A stretch of 64,000 bases of DNA from Lama guanicoe (taxonomy: Eukaryota): assembly GCA_013239625.1 (NCBI GenBank), contig MU056000.1:8285214-8349213 (forward strand), in the 5' to 3' direction. The notes under the pieces are model-generated. The model made no database searches. It saw only the letters and a list, made by a program, of their open reading frames with translations, and had not been told where the DNA came from. Both the position numbers and the translations under genes were made by a program. Of this stretch, positions 1-13,271 are shown in pieces (the first letter of the stretch is position 1; the number at the start of each line of letters is the position of its first letter).

Positions 1-710
1 GATTGGAGGGAAATATCACGTTTATGGATGGACAGGTTTAATATTACAAAGGTTGCAATCTCCTTGGGTTAACTGACAGATTTAACACAATTCCAATCCA
101 AATCTCAACGTGCTGTTTTTTTATCAGGGGTGGGAGAGGCTGAAGTAATAGGTAATAGATTCTAAAATGCACATGAAAACGCACAGTGCCAAGACGAGCA
201 AGCAGTCTTGAGGGACAGAAACAAACCTGGAAGGCAGAACCTAACAGATGAGAAGGCACATTACAAAGCTGCAGCAAGTAAGACCATGTGGTGTCCATGG
301 AAGGAGACACAGAAGGGTGGGATGAGAGAGAACCTGGACACCAAGCCACACACAGACCTAACTCATGAGGCTCCTAAAACTGCCTTGTATGGGAAAGACG
401 GTGCTTCCACCTGCTTATCTATATGGTGAAAAATGCACCCTGACTCCCATCTCAAAAATACACAAAAATCAATTCCATATAAAGTGCTGGTCTATAGGCG
501 GAAGATTAAACAGTAAAGCTTTGAAAGTAAAATATGGAACACACGCATGACCTTAGAGTAGCCAAGGCTTTCGTTAGCAGGACACAAAAAGTGCTAACCA
601 TGAAAGGAATACAAAAGGTGTAAATTGGTTCATATTAATTGGAAAATTCTGTTTATCAAAGACTCCACTGAGAAAGTGAAGGAGCAGTAGTGGGAGAAAT
701 TTTTCTCTGA

Positions 711-744
<34 letters not shown>

Positions 745-1290
745 ATGTGTGTGTGTATATATTTATGTGTGTGTGTGTATACACATATATACATTTCAAA
801 ATAATTGAACAAGCACTTTATAAAACAGGATATCCACACAGCCAATAAACAAATGAAAAGATGTACAACTTCATCACTCACAAAGGATATGCACATTTCA
901 ACTTCCATGGGATGTCACTACGTACCCATCAGAAGGGTTAACATAGAAAAGAGAGAGGAGAGAAAATGCCCAATATTGGCAAGTATTGGGTTTTATTAGA
1001 ACTTTCACAAACACTGAGTGGGGATATAAAATGGTAAAAGAAACTTGATGTGTGCTAATCTCTTTTAAAGCCCTTTATATGCAAACTCTATGTCCCAGAA
1101 ATTCTGCTCCCAGGTGTACACTCACTAGAAACGAGCTTAAGTGCATCAGAAGACATCACCTGTGATGCTCACATCAGCAGTGTTCACATCATTCCCCACT
1201 GGACAGCCCTGAAATGCCCAGTATGAGAATGGACATATACGGTGTATGTGCTCGATGAAATGCTATTCAGCAAAGAAAATAAACCGATAA
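1..1290 (+). mobile_element. Old degenerate LINE-1 (L1M/L1ME-type), ORF2 3' region running into the 3' UTR; continues upstream of the window
   Basis: Decayed ORF2 motifs, e.g. 'tggatggacaggtttaatattacaaagg...agatttaacacaattccaatccaaatctcaac' (WIGRLNIVKM..YRFNAIPIKIP-like), 'gatatccacacagccaataaacaaatgaaaagatg' and 'atgaaatgctattcagca'. Confidence 0.85.
711..792. repeat. (TG)n/(TA)n compound microsatellite inside the L1
   Basis: About 80 bp of nearly pure alternating purine-pyrimidine sequence. Confidence 0.95.
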
Positions 1291-3003
1291 CTAAAACGCA
1301 ATATTGTGGCCACCTCTTTCACATTACCTTGAGCAAGCTGCACCTGACGGCATTTGCACTTGTTTGTATGTATGTTACACTTAAAAGAGAAAGCCCTAAA
1401 TTATTTTCACTTCTAGATTTTGGACGTCATAACAGGCATGCATGAAAACAGGAGCATTATTTACCTTCCAATGGTCTTGATTTTCTTTTACAAATCATTT
1501 TAACTTTAGAGGCTTCCAGCAATAGCCTTACCAATTTTGTTTTAAAAGAAAATAAAAGATTTTTAAGTCTTACAAAATAAAAGTAGAACCCAAGGATGAA
1601 GGAATCACTATTTAATGTGGTATCATCGATTTAAAAATAATTCACTATGTTGTCCTTCTGGACAAATAATCCAATTTCTCTGACCAAATATAAAGAAAGA
1701 AATGACATTTTTAATGTCCTGGTCATTTTTGTCTCCTAACACTGACAGCCGGGTAGAAGACTAAGTAGCACTAATACAGGAAAGTTTGAACGTTATAAAT
1801 AAGTGACAGATTTTGAAGTGGCTTGAAATAAGTTTAATGTGAATAGTTTGCTTTTTCTTAATTTTAATAAAACCTGATCTTTCAAAGGAACGTATTAAGG
1901 ACTCTTCCGGAAATTCTGGCTTTTCATTTTCTGAGAATCAGCATTCCAGTGGAGAGCTCTAATTCTATTTATTACCCCTCCAGACTCTAAGGTATAAAAT
2001 TACAAATGATTGACAGTCAAATTACTGACTGTGCTTTCGGAGGGGCACGGCAAAGCGCCAGCACAAAGACTTCTCCGCAATTAAACAGTTGCAAGGGGTA
2101 ATATTTCCAGGGCCAGCTCGTCTCTTCATTTGCAGTCTGCACTCATCTCTGCTGTCCACGGCCAGAATGGATCGCAGGACGTGGGAGAGGAAAGAAAAGG
2201 AGAAAAGGAAGAGGAAGGAAGTCAAACCAACAACGCTGGCCTTTTGCCCAGGGCCTGGTGGTGACAAGGACTCATATAAAACTAAAACCCTCATGCTGCC
2301 TGCTGCTGCTAAACGCTGGGGACCTGGTGTGGGACAGTCAGAAACGGGACCTTCAGTACTTGGAGGCTGGAAATACGTGACTTCACACACCGGCTCGTAT
2401 TTGTGAATCAGTGTAAATCGGACCCTTCCAACTAGGAGTGTAGGCTTTATATCCTAAAACCCCCATGAATAAAACATACGTTGGTTCTCATTTGCCCTAT
2501 TGGGGTCAAAAGCTCTTATTTGGGACCTACTGGGGCAAGACACACACCTTTCTTTCTCTATGCCTTAATGAACGCTCATGCAATGACAAATTAAGATGAA
2601 AGCATTTCATTGCTCTGCTGTGGCATGAAATTCAGTTCACTGTATTCAAAGCACCCTTGGTTTCTCAAGCAGGATGGGTAGCTGACCATCCGGTTACAGT
2701 TCCGCAAACCCCCGGCATCCCTGATGTTGTAAACTGTCCATCCATGAAATTCATACAAATGTATATTTCGAGCACAAACAAAGCTTGAAGGCAGGAATCT
2801 CCAGTTAGTGAACACACGATTGCAAAGACTGCAAGAGAGTGAATTTAGAACACATTTTTAAATGCATTAATTAATGACAGGTAGAAACACATCTGCTCTA
2901 TAAACTACTCCTAAAATGCCACGCAGTGCAGTGGTTTTACAATGAATGTATGCTCTTTCCAAGGGCTAGTGACAACGAATGCAGAATTCCTCATCTTTAA
3001 AGT

Positions 3004-3036
<33 letters not shown>

Positions 3037-3047
3037 TACACACACAC
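3004..3047. repeat. (CT)n(CA)n compound microsatellite
   Basis: Read directly from the sequence. Confidence 0.95.
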
Positions 3048-4809
3048 CCCTTGGCAGAATGCAACATTTTAAATTACAGAGGAGAGTTTCCTTCTGGTAG
3101 AACGCAGATGGAAGGTGTCTATCTTATTTTACCCTTTTTTCACATCTCAAGCATGTATGTGAGGCAGTATCTCCTAAGAGAGAACTCAGTGTATCTGACA
3201 GCTAAGATTACTGCATCTTAGTCTCCCAGTATTAAAAGCAGCATTTGTTTCGATTTTTTGCATAATTAGCTCATGTCTTTATCTGATATTCTTTAACATT
3301 TATGTAAAGGGGTGATCATGAATAATACTCTGTCAAAACAGAGTGGGCCCTGTCCCTGCGGCCGGACTTAGGTATTATGTCATTGCTCTAGGCGGAGGCA
3401 CAGAAGGAATACCAAGTAGAAAGCGCACATGACTAAGCATTTTAAGTTCTTCCCCCAAGAACTGTGTTTGGCTAAGACACAAGCCAGAGAGAATACTTTA
3501 AAAATATTTCTTTGCAAAAAAAAAGACTAAAGTTCCAAGAAATCAGAGGGGTGCGTTTAAAACAAACATGAGTAAATTCTGGAAAACATGCATTTCAATA
3601 CATCAAACGCTACCTCTGCAAATATTCTGGTATCATGACTTTTTGTGGAACGCATGCTCCTTGGATATTAGCACAATTTTTTACACTTAGCCGGGAACGG
3701 TCTGTCCTCTCACTTTTAAGATTTAACTGCGTCTTGGGAAGTTACGACGCAGAGGACCGTGGCTACTGATGCTCTGTCAGGAGGTGGGAATCACACATGG
3801 GTCAACGGGCTCAATATGGCCAGCATCCCTGTGATTCTAGTACTTGAGCATTGTTTTTGTGTTTTTTATTTGCTTCTCAGCGTTTTTTTTTTTTTTAATT
3901 GAGAGCAGTATTTAAATATCTGGTCAGCAGTCTTTCACGAAATGTAGTGTATTTGTTCCACGTCTTCTTGAATGCCTGAGAACAACCTCTAAGTGCGTCC
4001 TCTGTCCTGCAGCGGGGTTGGTGGTGTGTGGAGCAGGGTTAGGGAGCTAACCCAAACAAGTCCAAACTGATCTTGAATCGAAGGACTCGGTAGGTATTGT
4101 AACACTGTATATTAAAAAGATGTCAGTCACTACAGGATCAGTGACTTAGCATTTGTGGAAATGTTACACTCTCTTTTGAGAATTTTGAAGGATTTTTTAC
4201 AAGATGTTTTGAACACACCTCTATTTCTGAACGTTGCCCAAGTAGGAAAAAACGGAGGCATCTCACTGTATGACACAGCTTCAGCTGGTTCTGGAATTCA
4301 CACTGCACAACTGAAATAAGTGTGAGGATGCCTACAGCCTGGCTTACAGCTCTTCAGAGCTCCTAAAAACTGAATTTGTGCTTCATTAACTGCAGCCCAT
4401 CTAGAATGATGTGATTCCTTGGCATTTTCAAGACTTCTCAGGTCATCCAATGGACTGGATGCAAATTAAGGCTCACTTAACTCTGTAGATTTGTGCTGTT
4501 TCCTGTTTCTTGCTCTAAATTCACAATTTGGCCTCCACCAATGCTGTGCTTCTTTTAATTCGCACTTGAGCACTCTGGGCTGAGGGATATTAAGAAAACA
4601 TAATGAAGACGAGAAGAGCTGGCATTTTATGAGGAGGTGACTCCCCACTGGATAACAAGGGGAACTCACTTCCCACTCTCCTGAAACTGCCTCTGTTCAA
4701 ACCCTCCTGCCATGAGGAATAGCCACCTTTTTTGTTGTACTAAATAAGCCACTTAAGCACAGAGTGGAATTTTAGCATTGTTTCTGCACACATTCAAATG
4801 GAACAAGTC

Positions 4810-4945
4810 ATTCTCTCATTTTAGAGACGAGAAAAGAGATTCAGAAAGATTAAATATTTTGCCCCAAATCACACAGATCTTAAGTAGGTGACACTTGTTA
4901 CAAGAACTTGAGCAGCTGGACTTCAGAACTGGCGATCTTCACCAC
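4810..4945 (-). mobile_element. MIR SINE fragment
   Basis: 'cattttagagacgagaaaagagattcagaaagattaaatattttgccccaaatcacacag' matches the reverse MIR core. Confidence 0.65.
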
Positions 4946-7856
4946 CAGATACCCCTACCGTCATTTACAAGGCTTTACGTGTGTCTCCTGGAGTCATGCC
5001 TAAAAATCACGACAGCATCATTTCTTATGGGGTTTTTGCACAGCAATGAAGAATCAGATTACCCATTCCTCTACCCCCCACCAAGAAAAAAAATTCTGAG
5101 GAGGAGAAATTCCAGCCCCATAAGAACCAGCCAGGTTCCTAAGGGAGTCAGCACCCCAGGGCTGTCCCCTAACCAGTCTACTTACTAAGTAATCCTTCAC
5201 CAACTATGGCTTTGCCTACCCCTTTGAAGGCCATTAAGGTCGATGTCATATTCAGAAATTCAAAAATCCTTTATTCACTTATACTGGAATGATTTAGTTG
5301 CACCTCCTTAAACAGAAGGAAATACATTTTGCTCTCCCCTTTATTAGCCTCCTAGCGGGAGGTTTACAAGTTGAGGCGAGAGAGGAAGTGTCTATTACTT
5401 ACAGCCTTTTAACATATGGTTTAAAGATGAAGAGCTGAAAAAAACACATCTTCAGTCACCAAAAAAAATGTATGAAAAGTGCAGGACTTAAGCAAAACAT
5501 ATTATCAATAAAGGCAAGTGTAAAATGTTAATATTCATTAAAGTTCATGCTCATTAAGGATTGGCTTAGAAACATCAAACAGAAGTACTGTGCCTATAAT
5601 AAGAGCGGAAATGAATGGGACAATCTGCCTTGTTAGGTCATGATACCACAGCGACATTTCCTGGAAAACCGAAAGAAAGAAACCGTGGTAAAGGAGAAAA
5701 GTTACAGATCATAGCAAGGTTTATCTCAAATAGGTGTTTTATTTCTAATAGAACTTTTTAGAAGCTTGTGGCTTCCAGAACTTTTTTGTAGGTATTGACA
5801 CATAGGTACTTCTTTAATGAAATTTTTGGAATTTTTTTCATTCTCCCCAATCGTGTATGAAATCTTGAACTTGTCAACAGTAGTTTTTACCCAAATATAG
5901 TATTTTTCCCCAAATGTGACATCCACAGCTGGCAAAAGATTTTTTGCACTTCGTTTTATTTTTGCTGGTTCTGAAAATCAAAAAAGTCTGGAAGCTCTAC
6001 TTCTTTATGAGGCTAACATGGATCAAATAGGAGAATTATCCCCTGGGAGTGCAGTTCTGTAAGGAATCAGGGAAAGGGGACTAATGAACACAATTTAGAC
6101 TTTCTACTGGGGTTCATAGGCCATAAAGTTTACTGTTCTGATGAGAAATAGCACACGAACTTGACTACCCAGTCTCTTGGAGTCTTATCGTACGTATACA
6201 TGGGACTCCCAAAGGTACAGGTTTCTTCCAAAACACTGATGGCATTCTTTTGCAATCGAATGGGTACCTGAGTTACACGCTGAGGAATTCTGAAGTTAAG
6301 TAGCTCAAAAAATGCATCAATATACCTACTTTCAGGAAATCCCAAATATGGGGACCATAAATGTTCATTATCTAATACTGACACACAGATATGAATATGA
6401 ATCTGAAGGGTAAATGACTCATGATTAAAACATGTGACTCAAACTCCCACTTCTCCACCGGTCATCTATGTTTTCCTCATCAGACACTGTTGGATGTTCA
6501 CGGCAATCACTGAGGTATTTATCTATTTAGAGGATTACACAATGACAGTAAAATATCAATACGAGGGCACACTGATTTTTGTATCAGTGTGTGAAAACCA
6601 TTTGCTGACACCTAAATTCGAAGCAATATTTAGGACACTCTAAAAAAGCAATAAAAAAAAAACCCTATCTATATATAATATGTACCCAGTATTTTCTACA
6701 GGTATAGTAAGTACATTGTGTTTTATATTTCTAAGTTGAAAAAATATGTCAACAATTAAACCAATAGATGTGCATATCTTTTAAAATGAAGACTAGCACA
6801 GGAAAGTATATCGCAGAATTATTAGACAGCACATTTCCAGACAATAATGTTGGTAATGAATGGTCTGATCTGGAAAGAAATGTCAACAATTAACTCAGCA
6901 GTAGCAGCACTGAAGTCGAACGTAATGAGCATTTTGGTAACAAAAATGCAGCAGGAACAACATTGTGTAGGCGTCCATGTCTCCTGGTGAGCTTGAAGGC
7001 TCACAGATAAATGAGTGAATTAAATGAATAGAATGTGAGGAATTCTAAATCCAACAAATACTGTAATTAAGCTAGTGTAAAGCAGTAAGGGCATTTCTTA
7101 ATGAAGGATATGCTCTTTTAGTGATACCATACATGGATGCAGATGTATTTTAGAATATCTTATCTCTGACATGAAAGAATGAGGAATATGTGAATATTTG
7201 TAGTGACATACGTGCGAACAAGAACACGCAGACATATGTTTCACATATACGTGATGGGGGCCACACGTTTTGAGAACCATAGAAAAGCCAGGATTGCACA
7301 CATTTTTTTCGTTCCATGGTATAATTTTCACCTTTATTCTGATTGGGACCTAATTAAAAAGATCAGATCCTTCTCCTCCCCTTTCTGCACAGACCTTTTT
7401 TCCCAACACTGTGGAAAACGGTACATTGTTATATATGAATTTTATTTTCTTCTGCAGAAAACGGCCCTGAAAGGAAGAGGCAACCTAATAGAGCCATAAA
7501 TAATTGGTACAGATTTAATTCAGGTCATTTCAAACAAAATTTAGATCTCTAGATTCCAGTGTAGCCTGTTTGAAAATCTTTAGTCATTGTGAATTTATTG
7601 AAATTATTTTATTAGATTTGCCGATAATTGTTCACTGCTCACAACTCATTAAGATTTTAATAACTCATTCTTTTCTAAATGAGAATTATATTATGATAAG
7701 TACATAAATATACCTTATTGTTTACAAAATGGATTTACATAAATTATAACTTTTGATCTTCTTAATAATACTTTGAATTATATATTAATATTTAAAACCA
7801 GAAAGGTATAATGAATTTAATTATGAATTAGAGAGCTAATTTATATCAAAACTCTT

Positions 7857-7990
7857 GGGGAGGGGTATAGTTCAAGTGGTAGAGGGCACGCTTAGCATGC
7901 ACAAGGTCCTAGGTTCAATCCCCAGCACCTCCTCTAAAAATAAAACGAGTAAATGAACTTAATTACCTCCCCCTAAAAAAAAAGGCAAAA
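7857..7990 (+). mobile_element. tRNA-derived SINE, camelid Vic-1-like
   Basis: GGGGAGGGGTATAGTTCAAGTGGTAGAG (A box) ... GGTTCAATCCCCAGCACCTCC (B box), A-rich tail, approximate TSD aaaactctt/aaaattctt. Confidence 0.9.
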
Positions 7991-9182
7991 AAATTCTTAT
8001 TTGGGAAGTTAAATTACCAAGCTAATTATAAAAAAAATACTCAGGCACATATTAAAATATACTTAGGTACCACGTATTAAAGAAAGTACTTAGATAGTGC
8101 TAAGTTTCAAACCACTCACCAGAATCCTTTCAAGCCCCATCTCTCCTGACCCCTCACTCACTAGAAGTTTCTGTCAACTAACAAAAAAACGATTCCCTCC
8201 CTACTGCCCTTTGTTCCCAAGGCTCAGGCAGAACAGCTCTCCAAGGGTGTGGTATCTAACTCCCTCAATAATTAAGGAGTATAAGCAGAACGAGATTCAG
8301 GTTCTCTTTTTATGTAAATTAATGACAGAATTTTTTAAAAATCTACTTTATCATCGTAAAATACACCATCGGAATAATTTTGTCTTTAACATGGTAAATG
8401 GCTCAGACCAATACCTTAGCCTCACTTCAATATTAATTTTATCTCAATTAGGAAATTTTAGGTAGAGATATAGCAGAGCATTTTTTTTTTCATTGTTGGC
8501 ACCAAGAATAACTCCACGATTTTTTTGTCATCTGGGAAGATTTCAGAAGCAACACAAGTGAATGTTTCTTTTCAGGCAAGTTCCCCGTGGACATGTGTCA
8601 GTATGCATAACAAATACGATGATATTAGATAGCACTATTCAAACACTTTCTTGGCAGTTGCAGCAAGAAACAAGGGCACTGCCCTTTGGCCATGGAGACC
8701 AGAGCATCTCATCCAGTGTCTGCCCAGACGGAAGACTGACACCGTGAGCCAGTGGGGGCACTAATGGAATAACCTTACAAAAGTCAGGTTTGGAAAAGAC
8801 AGAAAGCAAGAGACGGTTTCATGTTCTCTTTAAATATTAACACACAGAAAAATCAACGATCTAAAATACTGCTTTTCATTTTCTAAGCCAATAATATTAA
8901 TATATAATGGTACAGTGAAGCAATCCCTTTTCTAGAATTCTCCCGTGCCAGTGGCAGCCTAAAATCAATGAGGGGAGAAATCCACTACAAAACTGTGAGA
9001 TGATTTATTAAAATATTTTGATAAGTATAAACTAATTGTTTATTAATTTAAAAGTATAGATGCTTCTTGGGTTATGCTCTATCCCACGACAGAGTAAAGA
9101 GGCATTTAGAAGAGAGTTCTTCACAACGGGCATCTTAACAACGGAACAAACTGTTGATTCTTTATCCCTTTCCCTCCAAAAT

Positions 9183-9227
9183 GCAGCATGTACCCATCAG
9201 CAGTAGCATGTACCCATCAGCAGCAGC
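9183..9227. repeat. Local 21-bp tandem duplication (agcatgtacccatcagcag core, two copies)
   Basis: Read directly from the sequence. Confidence 0.9.
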
Positions 9228-9829
9228 ATATAAGCAGAAATGCCCTAGATTCATAAATCTATTAAGCCAACTTTCAACTGCACTTAGTATATTTAAAAAG
9301 TAGCCACCTACACTTGCAATATGAAAGTGGTCAAGTTTTAAGACAGATTTTAAGAATATGCATTTAATATGAACCATACCGTGAAACAAACATAGTTAGT
9401 TTATCCACGTTATAATTTTAAATGTCACAGTCGCAGCAGCCGATGGTTTTCAACTTTGTTATCCCTTGTTGATGTTATTATTAGGAATTCATGGGCTGCA
9501 CTAGGACTTCTGAAAAACCTCGCCTGACCTTCAGCAACCAAGATTACTTGCCAAGTAAGTGCTTTGAAACGGGATTGAAATTGAAATAGACTGGAGGCCC
9601 CCAAGGAATCCATCCTTAATGGCTAATTACAGAGGTCCTATATTCTGCTTTATAATTATATGATCTTAATGTAAAATGTAAAACTCAGGAAGCTTATTTT
9701 CCTTACAAATAAAAGCCAACATAGATAGACAGAGGTTGAGTTTATGACAGATGACAAATATTGCAGAAAATTCTATTACATAGCTCAAGAAAGTTGAGAA
9801 GTCTTTTAGTTTGAGAAGCCTCTTGTTTT

Positions 9830-9957
9830 GATTTTCATTCATTCATTCATTCATTCCCTCAACAAACAGTTATTAAACACCTATTTTGTTCCAGGCAATG
9901 TTCCAAAGAGCAGTGAAATACACAGGTGTGGCCTCACCCTCACAGAGCTTACAGTCC
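9830..9957 (-). mobile_element. L2 3' terminal fragment
   Basis: (ATTC)n followed by 'caacaaacagttattaaacacctattttgttccaggc...ccctcacagagcttacagtc', the typical reverse L2 tail. Confidence 0.8.
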
Positions 9958-11739
9958 TCCTTCATTTCAGAAATACTCAATATCTGGCAATCTGCACCTG
10001 CTTCTTCTAGAAACCCAGTTTTAGTTCTTTTAAACATACCAGTTTACTTATTCCTACAGTGCCTTGCACATAATAAGCATTTCTTCATGGCCTGACAGAT
10101 TGAGCAGTACTTTTCTTTGTAATTCATAAATGGATAACACCAAGGCCTATTCCAAACCTTCAAAGTTGTAACTTGCTTTACTATCACACCTAGAGGGTGG
10201 AAATAAGAACAGAAACTTACTAGTGCGTGTTTGGTGAGCATCCGTATTCATAGGCTGGTTCTGCTTTTACCACTGAGGTCACAATCGCTGGAACGTGGTC
10301 TAGGTGGGGTCAGAGTTTGGAATAAAGGATATATTTCATGTAAGTAGCACTTGGCTGAGGCAACTTGTGCCCCAGTGTCTCCACAGCTGTCTGGCCCTGG
10401 GAGACCTAGAAAATCTCTACTCATTACCGTGAACTGGACGGTGACCATGATCTAGAAATGGTGCAAAGTTCTTTATCCATATCAATAACAGCTTTCACCG
10501 CTGCAAATAAAGTGCTCTTCTCCCCTTTCAAAGATGAGAGAGATTCAAGAATGAGGGTGATTGGTGTCAGCCCCCAAGCTGGCATGTGGCGGAGCATGAG
10601 TCTCAGCGCAAGCCTTGAGTTTCCATTTGTAGCCCCAAGTTTCACAAGTTCCCCCTCCTCCCTGTACGCAGTCTTGTTCTCCAGTTCCCTGTTCTCTGGG
10701 CTTCCCCAATCTCAGTTCTTCCTCTCTCCCCTAGAAAGCCCAGGACTCACCTTCTCCAGATATGTCCAGGGCTGTAATATGACCCAGACCCCACCTCAAC
10801 ACTCATGTTCCAAGATCCCAGGAAGTCCCTCACCAACAGTTTCTTTGGTCTTATCATATTGATTGGGAAATTAAATGACACATTTATAATCTCAAGTATA
10901 TCAGTGGAGGAATGAGAAGGAGATTTTCATGAGATTTTTGGTCAGCTTTTGGTTTTAGAGTTTGGAGACCTACTTGTACACATTTGTTACCCCAAGGACT
11001 AGGAAATGGATAACAGGAAATCTGGATGACACAGCCAGGCTTGGGTTCCAAGCAGTAAAGGAATGACCAGTCTTAGCTGTCGACCCCAACTCCCTGAGCA
11101 GACCATCTCCCCTTTCTCACCTTCCTTCTTTCTGGCTCTGGAAAAATGTTATTTTGTATGGCTTACTTGCCAGTTATTTTCAGGCATCCTCCATGGAATT
11201 TCACGTTAGAGTAAGAAAAATGCCAAGAGAGAAGACGTTAAACATTAACATGAAGATATATATTCACTTCTGAAAAAAAATGAATAATTAATTCATTTAC
11301 CTGCACATCAGGGAAGTTGGGATAAATTAAATTGCATTGTTGGTACGATTCAGAAAGGAACCCGGAGCAGGAACACCTGCTCGGAATTCTAGTCACAGCG
11401 CCAGGTTTCCCTGGAGAAGTCACTTGGCTTCTCTTCAATGAAGTCCCTTTATTTATACTATCAGAATAAGACCTGTACAGCCTGGTTCAATAAAGGTTAC
11501 AGAAATGAAATGAGATTGAAGCTACAAGTTTTGGGGGGTCAGGGTTTTGTCTCATACAGACAAACACAGTGTCTAGGGGAACTCCTCAGCCAGAAAGAGT
11601 TGCTTTGGCCATTCCGAGGAGGGCGCCCAGCACAGGGACACCCTCACAGCAGACGGCACATGCTATGGAATAATGAATATATAAGAAAGCGACTTAAATC
11701 CTACAGGGACACAAACATGTGGAATGAGCCCAATGTCAA

Positions 11740-13230
11740 CGTACTGTAGGAGCTGAAGGTCCGATGCTGAGGAAACAGACAAGGGTCTCACGTTCTAATG
11801 GGAGAAGCACAGAAAATTAACACCTACAAGAGATGACAAAGATGGCTTCTTCCAGTGATAATTACGTGAAGAAAATTTGGTAAAGGGATCAGGCCTTCAG
11901 AGGAGGAGCCAAGGCCTTGTAGGCCATTTTAAGGCTTGTATTTTATTCTAAAGGAGCCACTGGAGGGACTTCAGTGACATGAGGTGACTGGCAGTTTTTG
12001 AAAGAAGATCAACTTACCATATGTTAATGTGAAACAAGGTATTAAGTTGCTGTGAAACAACCTGGAACAGTTCAAGTTATGAAGAAACAGTCCCACTTGG
12101 ATCTGATAAACCATGATTCATAGAAATCATGTGGGGTGACCAGTGAGGAGGGTATGGTAATAACCCAGAAACAGGGATGGGGGTTGAGAATATGGTTACA
12201 GTGATGAAAGCAGAAAAGCAAAGGTGCCCTAAAATGGAGCCAACAGGACATGGCAGCTGTGACAGGAAAAATTCTAAAGGTGTATCCCTCCCTGCAAGAT
12301 CCCTGTCCTCTGGTTATTCAATCAGTCACTGAAGTCTACTGTGGAGGGACTTTGAAGATAAAGTTACACAAGAGTTGACCTAAAAATATGGAGCTCACCC
12401 TGGATCTAGGTGGGGCCAAATCAATCACCTGAGCCATTAAAAGGCCAGAATTTTCTCCAGTGAGAACCAGAGAAATAAAGCAGAAGAGGCAAGAGATGTG
12501 GCAGAAAAGAAGGTCAGAGAGATTCAAAGCCATGTTGCTGGCTTTGAAGAGGAAGGAAAGGAATCCTGAGCCAAGGAATACAGGTGGACTCGAGAGGCTG
12601 AGAATGACACGTGGCCACCAGCCCATAAAGAAATGGAAACCTCAATGCCAGGACTGCATGGACGTGAATCTGGCCAACAATTTGAATCAACTTGGAAGTA
12701 GATTTGGCCCCAGGACCTGCTGACACCTTGATTTTGGCCCAAAAAGACCCACGTTGGACTTCTGAGCCTGTGAGATAAATAAAGTGATGTCCTTTTAAGC
12801 CACTCAGTTGTGGTAGTTTGTCATAGCATCAGCAGGGAACCACTACAGCAAAGGAATAGATACTACAATGGAATAAGGCAAAGAGACATGTCAGGATGAC
12901 TCAGCTCCTTGGACAGAGTTTAGGGGAATGGAGAGGGCATGGACGGAGGTGGAAAGGAATGATGGAAGAACACTTGAGAATGGGGACAGAAAACAAAACT
13001 TTTGTTTTGAATATGTTAAGCTTGAGATGTTTATCATTCAGCCCATTAGCAGTGACAAGAAGACAGGCATAAATACATATTTGGATCTCAGAGAAGTGGC
13101 CAGGGACGGAGATGTATGCTGGCTTCATAAATGTGTCATACACATGTAAATGGGGCTACATGTGTGTTCCTAGGGAGTTACACAGATAAAGTTAGAAAAT
13201 CCCCACGATTTGTTCATTACCAACATCTAA
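11740..13230 (-). mobile_element. L2 fragments, split by an MLT1 LTR at 12258-12847
   Basis: 'aaggccttgtaggccattttaagg', 'ggagccactggaggg' and 'ttttgttttgaatatgttaagcttgagatg' are L2-like segments on both sides of the LTR. Confidence 0.65.
12258..12847 (+). mobile_element. MLT1 (ERVL-MaLR) solo LTR
   Basis: TG...CA ends; 'ctggatctaggtggggccaaatcaatcacctgagcc', 'gctggctttgaaga', 'ttttaagccactcagttgtggtagtttgtcatagcatcagcagggaaccactaca'. Confidence 0.85.
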
Positions 13231-13271
13231 GGAAAATCAGGAATGTTAGGAAGTAAAGGAGACGACATACT

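Noticed and set aside
5726..6402. Minus-strand ORFs (69 and 84 aa) that look protein-like; considered as an exon or endogenous viral element
   Set aside because: No recognisable family, no donor site found, and the two ORFs are not obviously continuous. A BLASTX search would be needed; unsupported from the sequence alone.
7857..7935. Possible tRNA gene (also 60825-60896)
   Set aside because: A-rich tail and TSD show these are SINE copies, not tRNA genes
8748..8764. CTCF-like GCCAGTGGGGGCACTA
   Set aside because: Spacing is one base short of the consensus core, giving a poor match
11301..11472. Minus-strand open frame ending at CAG|gtaaat
   Set aside because: Weak acceptor, partly MIR-like sequence and unrecognised peptide
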